A stretch of 32,000 nucleotides of DNA from Aquifex aeolicus VF5 (GTDB lineage Bacteria; Aquificota; Aquificia; Aquificales; Aquificaceae), in assembly GCF_000008625.1 (NCBI RefSeq), contig NC_000918.1, positions 1,050,001 through 1,082,000 of the forward strand, in the 5' to 3' direction. The first letter of the stretch is position 1. Each line of letters opens with the position of its first letter. Shown here piece by piece: positions 26,238-32,000 of the stretch. The notes below the pieces were generated by a model. It searched no databases, was not told the DNA's origin, and saw only the letters and a list, made by a program, of their open reading frames with translations. The position numbers were made by a program, and so were the translations under genes.

Positions 26238-27518
26238 ATGAATAAAACAACGTTTGAAAATGTTTACTACTGGGAAGGAAAGGCACAAATCCCCCAGGAA
26301 GGGCAGTTTATAAAGCTCAAAGAAGATAAAACCTTAGAAGTTCCAGACAACCCGATAATTCCCTTCATAGAGGGAGATGGGATAGGTCCTGAAATAACGC
26401 AGGCTATGCTCCTTATTATCAACACAGCGGTTGAAAAAACTTACAACGGAAGCAAGAAGATTTACTGGGTAGAACTCCTCGCGGGGGATAAGGCGGAAGA
26501 AAAGACTGGAGAGAGGCTTCCTCAGGAAACCCTGGACGTTTTAAAAGAATCAATAGTAGGTATAAAAGGACCCCTCGGAACGCCCGTAGGAAAAGGTGTC
26601 CGCTCCATAAACTCCGCCCTCAGGAGGGCATTTGATTACTACTCTGCGGTAAGACCCGTTTACTGGATGGGCCAGGCAACTCCGATTCCAAATCCTGAGA
26701 GGGTTGACCTCGTAGTTTTCAGAGAAAACACCGACGACGTCTACGCGGGAGTGGAGTTCTTTGCGGGAACGCCCGAAGCCAAAAAGGTAAGAGAATTCCT
26801 CATAAAGGAGATGGGGGCAAAAGAGGAAGGCTTCCCCGAAGATGTGGGAATAACGGTAAAGCCCATGAGCGAGTTCAAGACAAAGAGACACGTGAGGAAA
26901 GCACTCAGATACGCCCTTGAAAACAACAAGAAGAACGTCGCGGTAATAGGAAAAGGAAACATAATGAAGGCAACGGAAGGGGCCTTCATAAACTGGGCTT
27001 TTGAGGTAGCAGAAGAGCCCGAATTCAAAGGAAAGGTAGTAACGGACCCGGAAGCAGAGCCCGGCGAAGGACAGGTAAAACTCACAAAAGTGATAACCGA
27101 CCAGATGCTTATGCAACTTGTCCTCAAGCCCGAAGCTTGGGACGTGATAATCGCTCAGAACTTGAACGGTGACTACGTTTCCGACCTTGCAGCTTCTCTG
27201 ATAGGAGGTCCAGGATTTGTTCCGAGCGGAAACATAGGGGACGGATATGCCCTCTTTGAAAGCACCCACGGAACAGCTTGGGACATAGCAGGCAAGGGAA
27301 TAGCAAATCCCCTTTCCCTTACACTATCTGGCGCGATGATGCTTGAATACATAGGCTGGAAAGAAGCAGCTCAAAAGGTCTACGACGCAGTAAGAAGAAC
27401 CCTTGCGGAACATATAGGAACGCCCGATATCGCAAGCGGATTCCAGAAACAGGGAATAGAAGCTAAAGCAGTAGGCACGATGGAGTTCGCCGAAGAAATT
27501 TCCAAGAGGATTGAGTAA
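26238..27518 (+). CDS. icd: NADP-dependent isocitrate dehydrogenase (homodimeric prokaryotic type)
   Basis: PFIEGDGIGPEI, GPLGTPVGKGVRSINSALRRAFDYYSAVRPV, NLNGDYVSDLAA and ESTHGTAWDIAGKGIANP are canonical ICDH motifs. I chose the ATG at 26238 (SD GGAGGAG). The upstream TTG at 26184 is the -35 element itself. Confidence 0.9.
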   Translation: MNKTTFENVYYWEGKAQIPQEGQFIKLKEDKTLEVPDNPIIPFIEGDGIGPEITQAMLLIINTAVEKTYNGSKKIYWVELLAGDKAEEKTGERLPQETLDVLKESIVGIKGPLGTPVGKGVRSINSALRRAFDYYSAVRPVYWMGQATPIPNPERVDLVVFRENTDDVYAGVEFFAGTPEAKKVREFLIKEMGAKEEGFPEDVGITVKPMSEFKTKRHVRKALRYALENNKKNVAVIGKGNIMKATEGAFINWAFEVAEEPEFKGKVVTDPEAEPGEGQVKLTKVITDQMLMQLVLKPEAWDVIIAQNLNGDYVSDLAASLIGGPGFVPSGNIGDGYALFESTHGTAWDIAGKGIANPLSLTLSGAMMLEYIGWKEAAQKVYDAVRRTLAEHIGTPDIASGFQKQGIEAKAVGTMEFAEEISKRIE

Positions 27519-27543
27519 TTATTCCCTAACAAGGAGGTCATAA

Positions 27544-27960
27544 ATGAAGGTTAAAGTCAAGCAAAAGGAAGACTTTCACTTCATCGGTGTTGGACCTGCG
27601 GGCAGAGAAGTGCCTATAGACGCCGCGGATTACGTTGGAGGGAAAGGAAGAGGTATAAGACCCCCAGAACTTCTCTTCCACTCAGTAGCGGGATGCGTAG
27701 GAATACACCTGTATGAGGCACTCCATAAGGAAGGAAAACACGTTGAAGACATAGAGATAGAAACGGATGCGGAAAGAATTACCGACAGGTATCCCAAAGT
27801 GTTCACCAAAATCTACCTTTTCGTGAAGGTAAAAGGTGATGTTTCAGAAGAAGAGGTGAAAAATGCTCTTGATAAGGTAATCTACAACCCCGGCACTTGT
27901 TCCATAGCTTACATGGTTAACCAAGTAGCTCCCATAGAGTACAAAGTTGAGATCCTGTAA
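27544..27960 (+). CDS. OsmC/Ohr-family protein (putative thiol peroxidase)
   Basis: 138 aa. PPELLFHSVAGCVGIHL and a later GTCS supply the two Cys positions expected in the OsmC fold. SD AAGGAGGT is present. Confidence 0.75.
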   Translation: MKVKVKQKEDFHFIGVGPAGREVPIDAADYVGGKGRGIRPPELLFHSVAGCVGIHLYEALHKEGKHVEDIEIETDAERITDRYPKVFTKIYLFVKVKGDVSEEEVKNALDKVIYNPGTCSIAYMVNQVAPIEYKVEIL

Positions 27961-28018
27961 GGAGGTGCTCGTGTCTTTCTTTCGGACTCTTTTTGTTTTA
28001 TAAGCTCGGAGACCTGAG

Positions 28019-28513
28019 ATGGTAACAGAAGTAAAGAAAAAGCTTTCTAAAGAGGAAAAGAAGAGACTCCTGAAACTCCTGACCTATGAAAAAGTGAACG
28101 GGAAACCAATATACTACAGGGATTACAGAAAGGTTCTTAGAGGGGAGCTACCACCAGGGGCGGTAATGGGAAGTAGCGGATTGCAGGCTTTCTTAATAAT
28201 ACTTTTAATCAAGTTTTTATTAAATAAACTCGACGATAAAAAATTTATACTTCTTTCAAACGAACTCAGCTTCTTATACAAAAAAGGTTCTTGGAGGAAC
28301 TTAGACATAGCGATATTTGAAAAAACTCAGGAATTATTGGACACAGGAGTAGAAAAAGTAATATGGATTTTCACAAAACCTAAAAAAGTAATGATTGTAG
28401 AAAAGGGAAAAAAGTGGATAATTCAGGATTGGAATGAAGAATTTGAAGTAATGGAAGGAATAAAAATAAACCTAAATGAAATTTTAAAGGAATACAATAA
28501 GGAGGTCTCGTAG
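28019..28513 (+). CDS. Hypothetical protein, degenerate Uma2/DUF820 (PD-(D/E)xK nuclease-like) family
   Basis: The order of weak motifs resembles Uma2: YEKVNGKPIY, SSGLQAFLIILLIKFLLNKL and NLDIAIFEK, with a C-terminal GVEKVIWIFTKPKKVMIV. The usual ExK core appears to be missing. The ORF is visibly AT-rich, and its stop overlaps the GTG of the next gene (TAGTG). Confidence 0.4.
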   Translation: MVTEVKKKLSKEEKKRLLKLLTYEKVNGKPIYYRDYRKVLRGELPPGAVMGSSGLQAFLIILLIKFLLNKLDDKKFILLSNELSFLYKKGSWRNLDIAIFEKTQELLDTGVEKVIWIFTKPKKVMIVEKGKKWIIQDWNEEFEVMEGIKINLNEILKEYNKEVS

Positions 28514-29931
28514 TGTTCAATAAAGTTCTCGTGGCAAACAGAGGAGAAATAGCGGTAAGGATAATAAGGGCTTGTAAGGAACTCGGTATTCCGACGGTGG
28601 CAATATACAACGAGGTTGAATCCACCGCAAGGCACGTAAAGCTCGCGGATGAAGCCTACATGATAGGGACGGACCCGTTAGACACTTACCTCAACAAACA
28701 GAGGATTATAAACCTTGCCCTTGAAGTTGGAGCGGACGCAATTCACCCGGGATACGGATTTTTGGCAGAAAATGCAGAATTCGCCAAAATGTGCGAGGAA
28801 GCCGGGATAACCTTCATAGGTCCCCACTGGAAAGTAATAGAACTTATGGGAGACAAAGCCCGCTCAAAGGAAGTTATGAAAAAAGCGGGTGTCCCGGTAG
28901 TCCCCGGCTCAGACGGAGTTTTAAAGAGCCTAGAAGAGGCAAAAGCTTTAGCGAGGGAAATCGGATATCCCGTTCTCCTCAAGGCAACCGCGGGCGGTGG
29001 TGGTAGAGGAATAAGGATATGTAGAAACGAGGAAGAACTCGTCAAAAACTACGAGCAGGCGTCAAGGGAGGCGGAAAAAGCCTTCGGAAGGGGAGACCTT
29101 TTACTCGAAAAGTTCATAGAAAACCCAAAGCACATAGAGTATCAGGTTCTTGGAGACAAGCACGGGAACGTAATACACCTCGGTGAAAGAGATTGTTCAA
29201 TACAGAGGAGAAATCAAAAGCTCGTAGAAATAGCACCCTCTCTTATCCTTACTCCAGAAAAGAGGGAGTACTACGGAAACATAGTCACGAAAGCCGCAAA
29301 GGAAATAGGCTACTACAACGCAGGAACTATGGAGTTCATAGCGGATCAGGAAGGAAACCTTTACTTCATAGAGATGAACACGAGAATACAGGTTGAGCAC
29401 CCCGTAAGCGAAATGGTTACGGGCATAGACATAGTAAAGTGGCAGATAAAGATAGCAGCCGGAGAACCTCTTACCATTAAACAAGAAGACGTTAAGTTCA
29501 ACGGATACGCCATAGAGTGCAGAATAAACGCCGAGGACCCCAAAAAGAACTTTGCCCCCTCCACGGGAGTAATTGAAAGGTACTACGTTCCCGGAGGTTT
29601 CGGAATAAGAGTTGAACATGCTGCTGCAAGAGGTTTTGAAGTTACCCCCTACTACGACTCCATGATTGCAAAACTTATAACCTGGGCACCCACTTGGGAT
29701 GAAGCGGTAGAGAGAATGAGAGCAGTTCTTGAGACTTATGAAATAACCGGCGTAAAAACGACTATACCTCTACTCATAAACATAATGAAAGAAAAGGACT
29801 TCAAAGCCGGAAAGTTTACGACAAAGTATTTAGAAGAACACCCTGAAGTATTTGAGTACGAAGAACACAAGGACAAGGAGGATTTTGCGGCACTAATTTC
29901 TGCGGCTATAGCCGCTTACCACGGTTTATAA
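28513..29931 (+). CDS. pycA: Biotin carboxylase subunit of a two-subunit pyruvate-carboxylase-like enzyme (candidate 2-oxoglutarate carboxylase small subunit, CfiB-like)
   Basis: MFNKVLVANRGEIAVRIIRACKELGI, ATP-grasp GYPVLLKATAGGGGRGIR, EMNTRIQVEHPVSE and DSMIAKLI. 472 aa, GTG start with SD AAGGAGGT. Confidence 0.9.
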   Translation: MFNKVLVANRGEIAVRIIRACKELGIPTVAIYNEVESTARHVKLADEAYMIGTDPLDTYLNKQRIINLALEVGADAIHPGYGFLAENAEFAKMCEEAGITFIGPHWKVIELMGDKARSKEVMKKAGVPVVPGSDGVLKSLEEAKALAREIGYPVLLKATAGGGGRGIRICRNEEELVKNYEQASREAEKAFGRGDLLLEKFIENPKHIEYQVLGDKHGNVIHLGERDCSIQRRNQKLVEIAPSLILTPEKREYYGNIVTKAAKEIGYYNAGTMEFIADQEGNLYFIEMNTRIQVEHPVSEMVTGIDIVKWQIKIAAGEPLTIKQEDVKFNGYAIECRINAEDPKKNFAPSTGVIERYYVPGGFGIRVEHAAARGFEVTPYYDSMIAKLITWAPTWDEAVERMRAVLETYEITGVKTTIPLLINIMKEKDFKAGKFTTKYLEEHPEVFEYEEHKDKEDFAALISAAIAAYHGL

Positions 29932-29954
29932 AAACTTTAAAGGAGGTAATATAG

Positions 29955-31922
29955 ATGGTAGTAAACCCGGAGGTTATAGAAGAAGTCAAGGAGAAAATTA
30001 AGGAAGTTAAGAATAAGGGCTTTAAGAAGAAGATATTAATTACCGACCTCACGCCAAGAGACGGACAGCAGTGCAAACTCGCTACCCGTGTGAGAACCGA
30101 GGACCTCCTCCCCTTATGCGAAGCCTTAGACAAGTGCGGATTTTACGCGGTAGAAGTCTGGGGAGGAGCTACGTACGACGTTTGCCTGAGATACCTCAAA
30201 GAGGACCCATGGGAAAGGCTAAGGAGAATAAAGGAAGTAATGCCCAACACCAAACTCCAGATGCTCTTCAGGGGACAGAACATAGTCGGTTACAAACCCA
30301 GAAGCGACTATGTAGTTAAGAAGTTCGTTGAAAAGGCTATAGAAAATGGAATAACCGTTTTCAGAGTGTTTGACTCTCTCAACGACAACAGGAATATAGA
30401 AACCGCTGTTAAAGCTATAAAGGAATTCGGCGGAGAAGTTCACGCTGAAATCTCCTACACCAGAAGTCCCATACACACTTACGAGCTCTGGATGAGGTAT
30501 GCTCAGGAACTGGCGGAAATGGAACCCGACTGGATATCCTTTAAGGATGCAACGGGGATAATGCAACCCTTTGAATGTTACCAGATAATCAAGGGAATAA
30601 AGGAAGTAACGGGAGGAAAGATACCAGTTCTCCTTCACAACCACGACATGAGCGGAATGGCGACCATGAACCACATAATGGCTGTTCTCGCAGGCGTCGA
30701 TATGCTGGACACAGTACTTTCACCCTTAGCGTTCGGTTCATCTCACCCTGCAACCGAGACCATAATCGCAGCGCTTGAAGGAACACCTTACGACACGGGA
30801 CTTGACCTTCAAAAGGTTTCGGAAGCTGCGGAAATAGCTAAGAAGATTAAGAAGAAGTACAAGAAGTATGAAACGGAATACGCGGGAGTTAACGCAAAAG
30901 TTCTCATACACAAGATACCCGGTGGAATGATATCCAACATGGTTGCACAACTGATGGAGGCAAACGCACTCGACAAGATAGAAGAAGCACTAGAAGAAGT
31001 TCCGAGAGTAGAAAAAGACCTTGGATACCCACCGTTGCTAACACCTTCTTCACAAATAGTCGGTGTTCAGGCGGTTCTGAACGTAATCACGGGAGAAAGG
31101 TACAAAGTAATCACAAAAGAAGTGAGAGATTACGTAGAAGGAAAGTATGGAAGACCGCCCGGACCAATATCCAAGGAACTCGTTGAAAAGATACTCGGTC
31201 CCGGAAAAGAACCGGACTTCTCCAAGAGGGCTGCCGACTACGCCGATCCCCACGAATGGGACAAGGCTAAGAAGGAACTCGAAGAGCTCTTCAAAAGAGA
31301 ACCCACAGACGAAGAAGTACTCCTCTACATACTCTTCCCCATGCAGGCAAAAGAGTTCTTTGAACTCAGGGAAAAGGGAGAACTCCATCCAGAACCCGTG
31401 GAAGCGGAACTCCCGGAAGTTGCAGAAACGAAGCCCGGAGAAGTTCCCGGCGCTGCACCCGTAGAGTTTGAACTCACATACCACGGTGAGAAGTTCAAGG
31501 TAAGGATAGAAGGCGTTTCCGTGGACGCAGAAAGCGGAAAACCCAGGAAGTACTACGTAAGGATAAACAACAGACTTGAAGAAATACAGTTAAAGCCTTT
31601 TAAGGAAGCGATACCCCAGGGTGGCGGTGCCCAAACAGTTCAGAGTGCGGAAGAAGAAGAGGGAATTCCCAAGGCTACGGAACCCGGAGACGTTACACCG
31701 CCCATGCCCGGTAAGGTTGTGAAGATACTCGTAAAAGAAGGAGAACCTGTTCAGCAGGGACAAACCGTTGCAACCGTTGAAGCAATGAAGATGGAAAACG
31801 AAGTCCATGCACCCATAGACGGAATAGTTAAGAAGATATTCGCAAAACCCGGAGACCAAGTTAACCCAGATCAAGCGATAATGAGAATAGTCCCCCACAA
31901 AGAAGATAAGAGCTATCAATAA
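29955..31922 (+). CDS. pycB: Carboxyltransferase + biotin carboxyl carrier subunit (pyruvate carboxylase B / oxaloacetate decarboxylase alpha-like; candidate 2-oxoglutarate carboxylase large subunit, CfiA-like)
   Basis: N-terminal TIM-barrel CT domain ITDLTPRDGQQ...VWGGATYDV...FRVFDSLND...HNHDMSGMA. The C-terminal biotinyl domain has VEAMKMENEV. 655 aa. Confidence 0.9.
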   Translation: MVVNPEVIEEVKEKIKEVKNKGFKKKILITDLTPRDGQQCKLATRVRTEDLLPLCEALDKCGFYAVEVWGGATYDVCLRYLKEDPWERLRRIKEVMPNTKLQMLFRGQNIVGYKPRSDYVVKKFVEKAIENGITVFRVFDSLNDNRNIETAVKAIKEFGGEVHAEISYTRSPIHTYELWMRYAQELAEMEPDWISFKDATGIMQPFECYQIIKGIKEVTGGKIPVLLHNHDMSGMATMNHIMAVLAGVDMLDTVLSPLAFGSSHPATETIIAALEGTPYDTGLDLQKVSEAAEIAKKIKKKYKKYETEYAGVNAKVLIHKIPGGMISNMVAQLMEANALDKIEEALEEVPRVEKDLGYPPLLTPSSQIVGVQAVLNVITGERYKVITKEVRDYVEGKYGRPPGPISKELVEKILGPGKEPDFSKRAADYADPHEWDKAKKELEELFKREPTDEEVLLYILFPMQAKEFFELREKGELHPEPVEAELPEVAETKPGEVPGAAPVEFELTYHGEKFKVRIEGVSVDAESGKPRKYYVRINNRLEEIQLKPFKEAIPQGGGAQTVQSAEEEEGIPKATEPGDVTPPMPGKVVKILVKEGEPVQQGQTVATVEAMKMENEVHAPIDGIVKKIFAKPGDQVNPDQAIMRIVPHKEDKSYQ

Positions 31923-32000
31923 GCTTTCCTTTTTCCCTTCTTTTTCTTTTAAAATTTTTAAAATGGAGTATTGCAGAGATTTATCTGAAAAACTCAGGGA

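Noticed and set aside
26550-27269. 239-aa and 128-aa minus-strand ORFs inside icd
   Set aside because: They are antisense to a gene with unambiguous ICDH motifs. No recognisable domains. They are a composition artefact.
31923-31950. About 28-nt pure pyrimidine tract (CTTTCCTTTTTCCCTTCTTTTTCTTTT) after the carboxylase operon
   Set aside because: No preceding stem-loop, so it is not a canonical intrinsic terminator. Similar C/T runs elsewhere (3290-3320, 16940-16975) simply encode F/L/S-rich signal peptides. Function is undeterminable from sequence.
31963-32000. Possible start of a further plus-strand gene (ATGGAGTATTGCAGAGAT...) at the right edge
   Set aside because: Only 38 nt are visible and no SD precedes it. 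It cannot be supported.
1-32000. CRISPR arrays, IS elements or transposases, integrases, rRNA, toxin-antitoxin pairs, known defence-system genes
   Set aside because: Reading both strands and the ORF track showed no regularly spaced direct repeats. No transposase, integrase or restriction motifs were seen apart from the intein endonuclease and the degenerate Uma2-like ORF. All intergenic gaps are under 115 nt.

Overview
The window reads as a compact, gene-dense core chromosomal segment of a hyperthermophilic bacterium. Proteins are rich in E/K/R/I/V/Y. From memory the gene set and order resemble Aquificales, probably Aquifex aeolicus; I cannot verify this here. I support about 38 protein genes, one tRNA-Asn(GTT), one intein and two near-consensus sigma-70-type promoters. 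From left to right the content is:
- the dnaB 3' end and tRNA-Asn;
- a small GspC-like/GspE secretion-ATPase cluster;
- a 9.6 kb minus-strand run: dnaG, rpoD, trmD, rpsA, HU/IHF, P-loop kinase, LolA-like, GNAT, membrane protein, CDP-alcohol phosphatidyltransferase, ybaB, recR;
- a ybgC-like thioesterase;
- a minus-strand block: DUF2892, ruvX, ROK glucokinase, small Cys-rich protein, ogt;
- Fe/Mn superoxide dismutase;
- a lipoprotein and an O-antigen-ligase-like pair;
- trkA/trkH;
- an intein-containing class I ribonucleotide reductase beta subunit;
- an O-methyltransferase/DUF58/OppC-like permease/IclR block;
- a plus-strand carbon-fixation-type cluster: icd, OsmC-like, degenerate Uma2-like ORF, biotin carboxylase, carboxyltransferase-BCCP.

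I saw no CRISPR array, IS element, prophage, rRNA or obvious defence island, and I do not see convincing evidence for a wholly new multi-gene system. The most interesting items are:
- the icd-linked two-subunit biotin carboxylase, probably 2-oxoglutarate carboxylase of the reductive TCA cycle rather than pyruvate carboxylase;
- the LAGLIDADG intein splitting the second EXXH iron motif of NrdB;
- a small CxxC...CxxC protein overlapping ogt;
- an AT-rich degenerate nuclease-like ORF translationally coupled to the carboxylase;
- an SSB-like acidic tail on DnaB;
- several long convergent gene overlaps.

All coordinates were derived by hand from the sequence and the ORF track. Function calls rest on recognised motifs, not on database searches.
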